A stretch of DNA of 64,000 nt from NCBI GenBank assembly GCA_905331295.1, contig CAJNYD010000132.1, positions 62,001-126,000 of the forward strand, in the 5' to 3' direction. The position numbers were made by a program, and so were the translations under genes. Numbering within the stretch: the first letter of the stretch is position 1; each line of letters starts with the position of its first letter. The stretch is from Rotaria socialis (Eukaryota). Shown here in pieces: positions 1 to 13,146 of the stretch. Under the pieces are notes generated by a model that was not told where the DNA came from, made no database searches, and saw only the letters and a list, made by a program, of their open reading frames with translations.

Positions 1-129
1 TTGATAAGGTGGTGAACAATGATGTAACTAAATTACAATAATCTTAGTGTTCTGTACATTTTTTTTGTTTCTTTTCGATACATAAACTTCTTGTTTCTCG
101 TCGTTGCTGTTAAGTAAACATTCAATCAT
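1..129 (-). CDS. Possible 5' end of a gene running off the left edge (MIECLLNSNDEKQEVY|LHHCSPPYQ...), product unknown
   Basis: ATG at 129, exon 129-82, 54-nt GT..AG intron 81-28 of typical size, frame open to the window edge. No homology recognised. Confidence 0.3.
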
Positions 130-1492
130 ACGGCGATTGCATAAACAAATGTAAGTACTCAAATTGTGATTATGTTCAATATTATATGGTCTAAGGTGAA
201 TTTCGTATTCGGCATTAGACCGATGTTAAGTTTGAATGTAGGTATACATGCGAACTATGTCGACATTCATCAAAACAAAAGTCTCATCTATTGTTGTGTT
301 GTTGAGACTTATCAAAGCTTTGATCTCTGCATTTATTTCATCCATCATCCCAACGCATATTTTTCTATTGTTGTAAAGCGAGTTTGTTCAAGGTATCCGA
401 TGCATCTATGAAAAGAACAAAATCAACGAAAAGTGAAGTTCTCTAGAGCATCTTGTCACTATCAATCAAATCATACATCACGATAACGACAAAGCCACAA
501 AGTAATCACAATCATGACAAGTTAATGGTGATAATTATAGAATGTAACAAATTTGATAGCTCATAGAAATATTTAGATCCATTAACAAATGCATGCATTA
601 AGTATTAATAAATTTATTCTGTCGTTACTCTAGACAATTAAAATACTATTTAAACTAGATGTAATGGACTATAGTAGATTTTAAGAACCTTTATTTTTTG
701 CGGTTGTTTTTAAACACTCGGTGAAATCGATTTATATCGTCAATTATTTTTTCATCTATAAAATATTTGTTTCCATTCAAATCTATCGGAAAAAAACGTA
801 AGTAATGGCTATAGGTAATGGTTCGTGTAATGCGGTTATTTGCATGCATTTTATATTTGAAACATCTTATTAATAAAATAATATCACACGACTATGTAAA
901 CTGTAATGCGAAAGAATTATGTAACACCATTGAAAGTAATTCGTTCTGAAACGAATAAATTAATGTAAAAGGTTATACTATTGAGTTTCAAGGTTTTCTT
1001 TGATTTACAGGCACATTTTTTGAGGAAGTATGAAATTATTGACATTATTTTCAACGCAATGCAAAGAACGAAATCTCATTTGTGTTGTTTACGTCAAAGA
1101 ATTTTTCGTCACCTTTACTGTTTCATGTTTGCCATACAAGATTGTTCATGTTCATAACATAAGTCTGCCGAGATTACTTTTCTTTACAAACAGTCTGTAT
1201 TTATTCTCGAATGAGAGAAAATAATTTTCTTAAGGTACTGCATATAATTACAAATAATACAATCTAGTTCATTTAAAGTATAACATAGTTGTATGTACCA
1301 CAAGTTCTATGAATCGATGTTAGAATAAATATGCTATGAAGTAATTTTTCGCAAAAATTTCATTCAACTTTCAAGAATGATTACAACAAAAATTGATCTA
1401 TTCACTTGAAGACTATATATTTAAAAAAAAGATTTTGTCATGCATTTTTATTTACAAAAGGAATACATATTTTATACATAAATTTTTTTTTT

Positions 1493-4158
1493 CTAAGAAA
1501 TAAAAAGATCATCAAATAAACAATTAAAATATTGAATAAACATAGACCAAAGTGAATGAATAAGTAACGAAGGTTCTTTATCTCGTAATAATGGTAAATA
1601 ATCAAGTACAGTTTGAACATTTTCTTCCTGATATCGATAGAGACAATCGAGTGTTAGTGGTCGACGTGTTTTAATCGTATTAGTTGTTTCAAATTGTCGT
1701 TTATATGTTTTAATACCTGATAATAATTGTTTTATCGCAAGTTCATGTGTATCAAGTATTGTTTGAATTGAATTTGTTTTTGATGATGTACATGAAAGAA
1801 GACATTGCAAAAAATTTGTTTCAAATTGAACAAGATAAATTAAACGATAAAGATCCAATGAAGATTTCTGTAAACTATAAATAGAAAAATTTTTCAAATC
1901 TAAATAAGTCATTTTAATTGATATTGAACTCATTAAAGTAATTGATAAATCATCCTTATACAAATTGAAAGTTGAATTAAAATAATGCGGCACTAATTTA
2001 GCTTGAAGGCGATCGAAAAGAAAATCAGTAAAACGATGTGCATGATTAAGCACATCGGTTGAAGTAAATGAATCGGATGAATATTTTTCAAAGAAATAAA
2101 ATAACGTATGTTTAAATATAACAAATGGAAGTTGCCCTTGAGTCTTTCCGTTTAAATAATTCCAAATAATCGATGCGAAACGTATTTGTTCATCAGACAT
2201 AGTTGAAACAAGTTTTGCTTCAATCACTTTGTATGTGTAAGACCAAGTTGAATCTAATGAAGTTGAAAGGATTTTTTCACAGGCATGACATTTATCTGTT
2301 GCACGCATGTATTGTTCATCATTATTGACTCGAATAAAACAAGTACCATCAAATAGGTTATGAATATTGACGGGCCATAAACGTTGACGTTGTTCATAAA
2401 TGTGACGTAGTTCTTGTGGCCATGAACAAACTCGTAAAATAAAGTACAACGATGTATAACTAACATCAAGATCATACGAATAAGAAAATTTCGCATTATT
2501 GATAATAGTTTGTCGAGTTTTACTTGGATGTGTTTGCGATATATAACCAAAAACTGTATTATGATTAGTTTCATTGAAACACATTTGCACTAGATTATGC
2601 GTTGTATTGACGAGAAAAAATGGACGCAAACGATGATTAAGTTTTGAACCGGAAAGTAATGACGAACAATGATCACATGATGAAAATAGTTTTGGTAAAC
2701 GTGTTACATTGTTCGTTGTATATTTCAATGATTGAATACCAAATAAACGACTATGTTTAGTTATGTGAACAAATTTTTGTTGTTCATCGAAGATTAATGA
2801 TGGTGTATCGAACTTTTTTACATCTCTACAAAGAAATAAACTATTTAAGATGAATATAAAAATTAAAACTAAAATAATTCACTTTAAATGTACACATTCA
2901 AGTTCTTTATGTTCAATTAAAATAGCTTTTGAAGATCGATGAATACGAATAAATTGTTGTTGTACAACATTATCAATAATAGAACTAAGTGTTTTACAGT
3001 TATGAGAAATAATATTCTGATGAAATTCGTTGAGAAATAAATCATTATTACAACGCGACGATGATGCTGGTAATAATGTTGTAAAAATGTCATTCGATGG
3101 ACATATATATGATGACTGATTGTTATGAAGATAGATTTGTTCTGAATAAGTTAATGAACGAGATCCATTTTGACGTGTCAACGGATTTGTTCTGTTTGAA
3201 CGAGAATATGGTGGACTAGGTATAATAACTGCATTTACTGCTATTGGCGATGTAACAGCTGATGAAGACGATGACGGCGACGATGAAAGAATAAGTCGAT
3301 CTTGAGAAGAGAATGGTGTTGAATTACAGGAGAGCGACGAAAGTGAAGAGTCAAACAACGATCGCGAAGGTGAGGTGTTAAGTGATTCTTAAATAAATAG
3401 CATACATAAAACAAGTTCGCATTTAAAGAAGCTCTTCGAAATATTAGCTAGCTTAGCTTACCTTGCACGATTTCTCGTTTATCAATCATAGTTTCTCTAT
3501 TTGTCATTTGATCGTTGATAATTGTAAAATATTGATGGCTTGCACTTTGATCATTGTCGCTTATATGTACCTTGATGTCTATGCTCACTTTTGTACTACC
3601 ACCTCCACCATCCCCGTTGTCATTTTGTTTATCTATATCTTTCTCCTTGCTAAACAGGTGTCCCATCGTCGTATTTTCTTCGTTTGCCGTTAATTTAAAT
3701 GCTTGTTCTATATTATTCTCATCAAAAACTATTGATGTATTGCTTGATTTAAATTTTTTACATTCGCCTGACAATTGACCAGGCAGTAATGTTGATAATG
3801 TATTATGCATGAATACGAGTGGTTCATTACTCGTTGATGTCATAGTCGCTAACAGTGAGGGTGATGAATATTGAATAACTTTTCTTTCGTTCTCGTCATT
3901 ATCGTTCACTATGATATCAGTCTCTTTTACATCGGACAAATGAGACAGAAAAATACTGTTTCGCTCCAATGGCGTATTCAACGGTGACGTTGACAATGAT
4001 GATGATGATGATAATGATGATGATAATAGTAATACAGGTACTTGTTTTGTAGGTCGTTTATCATTACAAAACAAGTTAGAAGAATTAGTTTTCTTTGAAG
4101 GAGAGTGTCTACGTCGTTTATGATGTAACGTAGACTTTTTACCGATACAATTACCCAT
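1493..4158 (-). CDS. Mab-21/cGAS-like (NTase-fold) domain protein, ~844 aa, with N-terminal MGNC acylation motif and long Ser-rich disordered region
   Basis: Exons 4158-3462, 3387-2883 and 2825-1493 join in frame through GT-AG introns. The C-terminal part has Mab-21-type motifs: CSWP..RQRLWP, WSYTYKVIEAKL, FKHTLFY, LVPHYFNSTFNLY. Gene structure is strong; family call is by motif recognition. Confidence 0.75.
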
Positions 4159-7100
4159 GATATTGAATTCGTATGATATCTAAAGACAAAAAGCAAAAAG
4201 AATGAAGTATGAAATTTTCGTCTCAATTTGAATATCAAATTGGAAACCTCAGTATTTCAATGAAAAAACAACAAGAATGAAAATTACACCGGTATATATA
4301 TACAGATATATGGTCCCACTGTGTGTTGCATGCAGGCATGCATGAAAATTTTATGGCCTCACTCTCTCCCATACTTTTTTTTCTATTTAAACTAACAATG
4401 GTAAAATTCGTACACATTCGTTGTCCTTCAATCTGTATATCCATCATCATTCATTTAGCTAGTATAACATAGTTTTGTTGTTTTTGAACAGAGGAAATAA
4501 TTATCAAGTAGAGAAGCAAATTCTTATTCATCTACATCTATCTAAGTGGACTTTCTTTCCTACTATTCTTTTTTTTCTTTTTCTTCTTCTTTTCTCTTGT
4601 CCCCTTTCATTTGTCACTGAATGCTTTATGTACTACGATGTCTCAAGATAGTTCGATTAAACACAAATGTAGGGCGGTTTGATAACCTTCGACCAAGAAG
4701 AGAAAAAAAACTCTCTTCTTGTTCTTCATCTTCATGATATGTATAAGATAATGATTGATATCATTTCGTTGTGTCAGATGAATATACATGTATGTATGGT
4801 AAATTAGGACATTATAGTGTAGAGATGTTTATAGATAAAAAAAAAACAGTAGGCTACTTCATATGGTTTATATATTAAAAAAGAAAAAAGAAACCTACTA
4901 ACATAGAATTCAAATCGATATTATTACATATGAATAATAGTTATTGCTCTGTAGTGAATGATGAAACCTCTCTAGTAACATATATACTATTATGTAGAGA
5001 AACAAATGGAGCGACCGAGAGTTTTTTTTATGTGATCAAAAATGATTACTACATCAAAGAAATACAAATAAATTTTTGAACATACATACTGTGTAAATGT
5101 CCTATGAGCATAGAAGTGATTACGATTATTGGTTCTCTATAGATGTATTTATTTTATCCTCTACTTTTGTGTCACAATAGAGTTTCGTCAGTAAAAATGT
5201 GTGGCACCTGTTCATCCATAGTTCAAATTCAAAAAGAAAACAGACATCATGTAGAAATGTCGATGGGAGAATGCAATCGAAGCACCACTCCTGAGTTCGG
5301 TTGTTCGCCAATGAAAACAAAATGTCCTTCATCGAAATATTGAAAGAAAATTGAACTAAGTGACGTATCTAATTTCGTTTGCATACGTTTATGAATAAAA
5401 AGAAAAGAAAGAAGTTCGAAAAAAACCTCAATAGGTAATAAGATGACACCATTAAGTTACTCTAAATAGTTGTCATACGCATATGAATGGGTTTAGAGAT
5501 GATATTATGATAGCTTCAAGTACATTGCGTTCATTTTTATATGTCAACATTGCCTATCCTAATTTATTTCAAAATAGCTAACAACATGTTTTATTAATTT
5601 TTCTTTAGTCTGCTTATGTCTGACAACAATCGCTCTTACCAATGATCGCTTATACCCTCAAACACCATAAAGTGATTCTTTTAGTGTGTGTGTGTGTCTC
5701 GTCTCCTGTCGTTTCATGTTGAGCCGCCTTGAATAATGTACGTGTGTTTGTGTGCTTGTTTATGTATGATATGAGATTATTGCCTCTACTTACTACCAAT
5801 CTGATCTTAACAGACTACTAGATATCAAGGTTCGATCATTACATCTACATCTGTCTATATTCATACACAGAGAAATAGTAATGTTCCGTGTATGAGAAAA
5901 TAAAAAGGCTAGATCTTGACTCACGGATAATTTTTTTGTCAACGAAACTAAATGACTTTAGATTTTACTGAGTCTGCAGTATTTGTCTTTTGTGTCTCGT
6001 TCTGTTTTTTCAAATAAAAAGGATCACATAAGTATAATCAGAATATAATCTGCCATTTAGTCAATCATAGATCAGTTGATGATGATGATGATTATACAAT
6101 GTATAGTAAAGATGTTTACATACTATATATTATATATATGCTTGTTATACTTATCGCATCTCATCTGCAAGCACGCGGATGACGAACGATGTCAATCTAG
6201 ATATTCTCTTTTGTTTTTTTATTCAAACTACTAGAAAAGAAAATGATTGCATCATAGTTTACTTAATTCAATATGCTGTCTATATTTGATAAAAGTGTGG
6301 GAAAAAGTAAGGCCAAAGTATTACACAGACAGACAACAGTGATACAAAGGGAAGATTACGAATAGAAGAATATATGCCAAAAGAAAAATGAATAAAGAAA
6401 GAGAATACAAGCTGCTGCTTTTTGGACATAAAATTTCGAATAAAAATTTCAAAAATGATCCCTTTTTATTTTTAGAAAAGATGAGTGAAAAATTGTGACA
6501 TAGTGAATGATAAGTATTTTCTCCAGTAATCGAAAATCGTACGAGATTAAATGTAATCTTCGATTAGTAGTAAATATCAGGAGAATCGTTTAAATAAAAA
6601 TAATTTTATGGCCACTATTTCATCATTGTAACTTAACAATATACTTATGACTTACTTATGTTTGACAGCAATGTTCTCTCGTTGAAAATGTCGTCATACA
6701 TACATTCATATACAACATATATACATTGATCATTGAGGTGACTTGCACTATATACAATTTGTCATAACAATGTGAACACACACAGAGACTACTCGATAAC
6801 GCGAAAGCGTTTTTTTCTTCTCTTCTTTATCATTTCTCTTGATCATGCATATGTTACAGAAAAAAGAGAAGAAGAAAAAAAAATTATATTTAGCATATTA
6901 GCTTGAATGGATTAGTGGCTGTATGATGACAATCTTGATCAAAGAAGCATAATGTAACTGTTACTTGAAGTATCTTTTTACACGTTATATCAGACTATGT
7001 TGATGTATATATACATATATATATATATTAAGCAAATATACTTATACACAGATTCGAGCCGATGGTGATAAAGTGATGCATGACACTGATTTTTGCCTAA

Positions 7101-8530
7101 TCACATTTATCAAAAAACATATTTCATTAGGCATTGTCTGTCTTAGAAACGAGTTCAAAGTCATTCATGTACATGTACACATGTGACATTAAGTGGTACG
7201 ATCAAGGACGTTCGTCTGTGCAAATAATCATCTCAACAGCTCTCATCTTTTATGGCCGTAATTCATGATAATAATAAAAAAGAAAAGTAATTAAAATGAT
7301 TGAATTTGGTTGAATAGTAGTCAGTTAGTATGCAATTTCATTGATGATCATTTTAAATTGATAATCAAATCTATCTGTTTTCATAATAAAATAATATACG
7401 ATAAAAAAATGGGAATAACTGGCCAACAGAAACAACCAACAGTCTGTGACAATTCTCATTAATTGAAATGAAAGAGATCTCAGATGCTTGTGTTTTCGAG
7501 AACTTAATAAAGGACACGTATCGTTTCATTTCAAAAATATTTTGATCTATCGAGCATTGTTTCAATTCTTTCTAGCGTAAAATCAGAAACAAAATAAGAC
7601 CTTTAAAGATCTCTTTTTCACTCAGTCGAAAATACAAGTTACTTGTTCTTGTAGTTTTAAATTTATAGAAAGAGTTTACATCTATCTTTATTTTTTTCAC
7701 AAAAAAAGAATATAAAATAAAGTTTCTCTAATATTTCAAACGTACTTAACTAAAAAAAATTCTTACTAACAATAATTCATTGATTGAAACTTTATTAGTG
7801 AAAACTAAAAACTATTGAAATCTATCGGCAATAGCAGCCATGTAGATCAGCTTATTACTTCGATTTTAAAGTTATTAACTAGTTTATGATTTCTATTGAA
7901 GAGCATCGATTGATATTAGAAAATATTATTAGTATTAAAAAATAACGCTTAAATTATCAATAGTGATTCGTTCTCAAGTATGTGTTGTATCAGAAATTCA
8001 ATGATTGTGTTTTGCAAGATTTCTGTAATTAGTTACTGTAGAGTAGTCATTTTTTTTTATGCAAGCATTTCTCTTTTGTTTTTACTTCACGTTTCTTCGA
8101 CTGGACATGTGAAATCAAAAGAATGTTTAGTTTGGAAGAAGAGAAACTATTCCATGCTAGGATTTAAAAAGAAATGATCACTCCTACGCAAACTACTAGT
8201 GGAAATACAGTAAGAAATATTTTTATCACATTAGTATTTGCAGTGTATTTTATATGATTAAAAATATTTAATATCGATGAATGAAATCAAAAGAATTTCT
8301 AAAATTATGTTGTATTCTACTTAAAACATTCACGATGTCGCTATCTTTCGTTTATGCATATTCTTTTGCTACGCTCTTTTTATTGATTAGTCAACTCAAC
8401 AAATCCGTTACACTGACTTCGGCTTGACTCATTCGTCTATCTGTTGTATATTCTACTTACTTTCTTTTTTTGTGGCAACTGTCTCTTGCTCGAAGATTTG
8501 AAAGTCAATTCATTCCCAATAAGCAGAAAT

Positions 8531-9014
8531 ATGTCTGGAAAGAAAGGCAAAGGGAAAGGAGCATCTGCTGGTGGTGATTCGGGTGAGGCATCAGGTGGTG
8601 GCACTAAGGGTGGCACGTCAGTCAAAGTAAAAAAATATTGACATTGAGATGAAAGATTGATGAAACTTATATTCATAGGTTCGACATATTCTTTGTGAAA
8701 AGCAATCAAAGATATTGGAAGCTTTAGAAAAAATTAATAGCGGCATGAAATTCGATGAGGTTGCACGTACTTATTCGGAAGATAAAGCTCGGCATGGAGT
8801 AAGAAATCTTTTTTTTTGTGAGCTATGTTTGCCAGTTTAATCTTGTCTATTTCAAAAGGGTGATCTTGGCTGGATGACACGTGGATCAATGGTGGGCGAA
8901 TTTCAAGATGCAGCTTTTGCTCTTCCTGTTAGCACATTAGCTAAACCTGTGATATCGCCTATTGTTAAAACTAAACATGGTTATCATTTAATAATAGTTG
9001 AAGGAAAAAAATAA
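8531..9014 (+). CDS. PIN4: Peptidyl-prolyl cis-trans isomerase parvulin-14 (PIN4), 123 aa
   Basis: Exons 8531-8626, 8679-8798, 8859-9014. Motifs [59 protein letters not shown]. Confidence 0.97.
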
Positions 9015-9114
9015 TCACTTGTTACAATAAACTACATCATTCTTAGATGTGCATTTTCTTCTAGATATGAAATAAAATATTTAAAAAAGAACTAAATCGG
9101 AAAACTAATGTGGA

Positions 9115-11688
9115 ATGCCACTAAGACTTCGTCGAAAGCGTATTTTAATCATATCTATTATATCGATTATTCTTATTATTTACTTCACTAAAAATCATTC
9201 GGAAAAGCAGACAAATAACGAAGATGATTTATTGGATAAACCAATAAAGAAACATGATAAACGATCTGTTAATAAATTAGATGATGCAACTACGAGAAAA
9301 TCTCAATATCAAACACGAACAGTTCGAGAAGCATTCGTTCAAATTGATGGAAAAACATTGAGAAAAATTGATTGGCATGATTATGAAATGATTGCTCGTG
9401 AAAATGCTCGAAAAGGTACTATCGTTTTTTTTGTATCTCTTGGTATTTCATTCTTCTTCTTTCTTTTTCTTGACTTTTCATCAGGACTAGGTGAGGGAGG
9501 AATAGGAGTTGAACCAAGTGCAAAAGAACGGAATAGTGCAGAATTCAAGCAACTTTATCGAGAGAATGGATTTCATGCTTTTATTTCGAATAATATTTCA
9601 CTTGATCGTTCTGTTAAAGATATTCGTCATCCCGAGTAGGATAAAAATTTTATTTGTTCTTTTATTCTACGTTTATTTGTTCCTTTTGTTTTTATAGATG
9701 TCAAAACAAATTATATCTAGCTGAATTACCTTCTGTAAATCTTGATATCGTAGTTTTTCTTTCATTATCAGTTTATTTTCTGATTAGGTTAGTATCATTA
9801 TTCCTGTTCATGACGAACATTTAAGAACATTACTACGATCAGTATATAGTATATTAAATCGAACACCAGCAAAACTTCTCGAAGAAATCATTCTTGTCGA
9901 TGATGCTAGTGGCAAAGGTAAATATCTTTCTTTTTTAAGAATAAAGTTAACCTTTAAATCTTGTACATATACATTTATTTAGAGGACTTGAAAGGACCAC
10001 TTGATGCTCATGTTGCTAATCTAACCAAGACACGTATAGTTCATCTTCATCGACGTGAAGGTCTTATTCGTACAAGATTAGTTGGTGCACGTGAAGCTAA
10101 AGGTGAAATTCTTATTTTCTTTGATTCACATATCGAAGTTAATACTAATTGGTTACCACCATTAATTGAGCCTATTGTAATAAATTATAAAACAAGTGTC
10201 TGTCCGTTTATTGATATTATTAAATGGGAAAATTTTGCTTATATTGCTCAAGATGAAGGTTAGAATCGTGTTTACAATATGTTGAAACAGTACGAACAAA
10301 AATCAACTCATCTATTTTCAGGTGCTCGGGGTGCATTTGATTGGGGTATGTTTTATAAACGGTTACCTTTACAGCCTGAGCAAGCAAAAAGTCCAACAGA
10401 ACCATTCGAGTAAGACAAAAATGGTTTTGAATATTACGCTCAATGCCTGTCTTTCTAGAAATCCAGTAATGGCTGGTGGTCTATTTGCTATTAATAAAAA
10501 ATGGTTTTGGGAATTAGGTGGTTACGACACGGGTCTCGATATATGGGGTGGTGAACAATATGAAATGTCATTTAAAATTTGGCAATGCGGTGGACGACTT
10601 GTTGATGCTCCATGCTCAAGAGTTGGTCACATTTATAGGCAATTTAATCCTCATGGTGGTTTTGCATTTGGTGATTTTTTATCAAGAGTAACTATGAATG
10701 ACAATTGAATATTTTAAATTCAAAGCTTTTTTAACAATCTAGAATCATAAACGAGTAGCAGCAGTATGGATGGATGAATATGCTGAATATGTTTATAACC
10801 GAAATGGAAATATGAGGTATGTTGGTTTGTTCTTGAATTAACTGGGTCTATTATTTATTTAGAAACGTAAAACCAGGTGATATAAGCAAACAACTGGAAC
10901 TACGTAAAAAATTAGAGTGTAAATCATTTAAATGGTATAAACATTGTTTCAGCAATAAATTCATGTGTTTTTTTTTTACTTGTCATTTTCTACCAAGGTT
11001 TATGGAGAATGTTGCATATGATCTACCTCTATATTATCCACCTGTTCCTTTACCTCCGTATGCTCAAGGAGAAGTAAAACATATAGATATATTATTTTCT
11101 TGACTATTTTAAATTAATACTGTTATTTTCATTTAGATTCGTAATTGGAACAGTTCTCTATGTATAGATACAAAACATGGTGGTGAACATGCAACATTTG
11201 GTCTTAATCTATGTCTTAGAGATGAGCAGGGTAGAAGTGGTGAACAAGTATAATAACTAATTTTGATGATTTTCTTATTTCCTACTAATTTCATTGTCTT
11301 TTCTTTGTCAAGGAGTTCGAACTTAGTTGGCGTCAAGATATTAGACCGATAGGTCGTGAATTATGCTTTGATGTACCCAATAGAAGCGAGCGTGCACCTA
11401 TTATCCTTTTCACTTGTCATGGTAATATTAAAATTAATTTTTGTTTCTATTAAATCTAAATGCATGACTTCCATTTTATCAAAAGGTATGCGTGGCAATC
11501 AACATTTTGCATACGATATAAATAACCATCATATTATACATGTATCTACACATTTATGTCTGAATTGTGATTTAGACAGTAGACTGATTTTTATGGAAAA
11601 ATGTGATGGAAAAAGTAAAACTCAACGATGGTCCTTTTATTCTTACAACGAAACGCTGATTCTCAAAGATATGAAACAATTTCTTTAA
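9115..11688 (+). CDS. GALNT10: Polypeptide N-acetylgalactosaminyltransferase (GALNT10-like), multi-exon
   Basis: Type II TM anchor, [24 protein letters not shown] (DxH), [34 protein letters not shown]-terminal ricin-type lectin with QRW. The subfamily call is less certain than the family call. Confidence 0.92.
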
Positions 11689-13146
11689 TGTTAAAAACGA
11701 GATGCTTTTCCGAAGGTTCTGTGATAATTTCTATCATTTTATTTGTTTTTTTTTTAAATATTAATGGCACACAATGCACTGGTGATGTTTGATAAATTTT
11801 GAGTTACTTGAACAAAATATTTGTTTTTATTGAAAAAGAAATTTTATGAATTAAGAGAAAGAATGATCGTTGATTTCCACGACATGGGTTGATATGATAA
11901 TACGAGCTGGTGAGTTGAGAAGAATATATTCTTCTAAATACACTAAAACATCTCTATAGTGATGGACATCCTTCAGACTTTTCAAGAGTATCTACTGTAG
12001 GGAGACTACGTATTTTTCAAAAACTTATATTCTCTACTTGAAAGAAACAGACATGCTTTTAAGCATTGGGAGTATTAATGAATAGGATAATTACATAAAG
12101 CACCTTATTACTTTTCTTTTCGTGTACTTTTTTGAAAATAGAAAAATCAACAATTTTCAAAATAGTTTTCAATAGAACTTGTGAAATCTATCGAAATCAC
12201 AAATACATATTTCAAAACAAAAATCAAAATATCTGGCAAAAGCGCTCTCACAATTTTGTTTTACTATTCGATAGAGCTGTACATCGTTCTATGAGTTTCC
12301 GAACAGTGTTTCTAATGGCACGTGTACGCAAAGCAATGAAAGTCATTTTAGTTTAAAAATAATATTTGTAAACCATGAAGGTATTATGATTTATTTTGAA
12401 TGTTTTCAGGTATTCACTGAATCGTATTATTTTCCTGTTCAGAATTATGTGTCTGCGCTCTCGGTACTTGAATCATAGCTACCGGGAAAATGCAGCTTAG
12501 TGTTGTTCAAATCATATTGATGTTCAGAATGATGATGAAAACGATAATTGTAGTTTGGATAAGTCTTCTGACAATTGTGGATTTTGAAAAACAAAAAAAT
12601 TGTACGTTCCCATTTTTATGTAGTGAATCTTCCTAAATGAATCAAATACAAATCGCTTTTCTATCTATTCTATATGCTTATTTATTATCGATCTCTGCTT
12701 TTACTTGATAAATCAGATATAAACTTGATTTTTCCATTTATTTTTATTATATAAAACAGCAAGATTGTACATTGTGTACACTTTTCACATTTAAAACAGG
12801 TCGTACGATACATTTTAATGTAGATTTCCATTCGAAAAACACTGATACGAGATTATATGGGTGAACGATAACAAATGCAATTCATAAACAAGCATTGCAT
12901 ATAAAGTATGCACATCGATCGATATAAACGTATAAACATATATCCATTTCTGAACGAATGAATACGAAGAAAAGCAAATGTTCACCTCTAGTCGCAACAT
13001 TGCTTTTCCTTATTCTATTTCATCGTCATATATATATATATATTTTTTTTCGCTCAACAAAAGTTCATCGATATTCTTTTCTCTCTTTTGCTGTCGTTAA
13101 ACGCAGCTTGTGTCAGTCAATTCGAACGTGTGTGACCTGAACAATC

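Noticed and set aside
5126..5343. Overlapping short ORFs on both strands
   Set aside because: No homology recognised and no convincing splice connection to the neighbouring gene.
9416..9484. Hydrophobic 'second TM' in the GALNT ORF (and the similar stretch at 37677-37745 in SMSr)
   Set aside because: These are 69-nt stop-free GT-AG introns read in frame. T-rich introns translate as hydrophobic sequence.
12520..12575. ATGATGA ... CTGA resembling a C/D-box snoRNA
   Set aside because: Too short, with no recognisable guide or C'/D' boxes.
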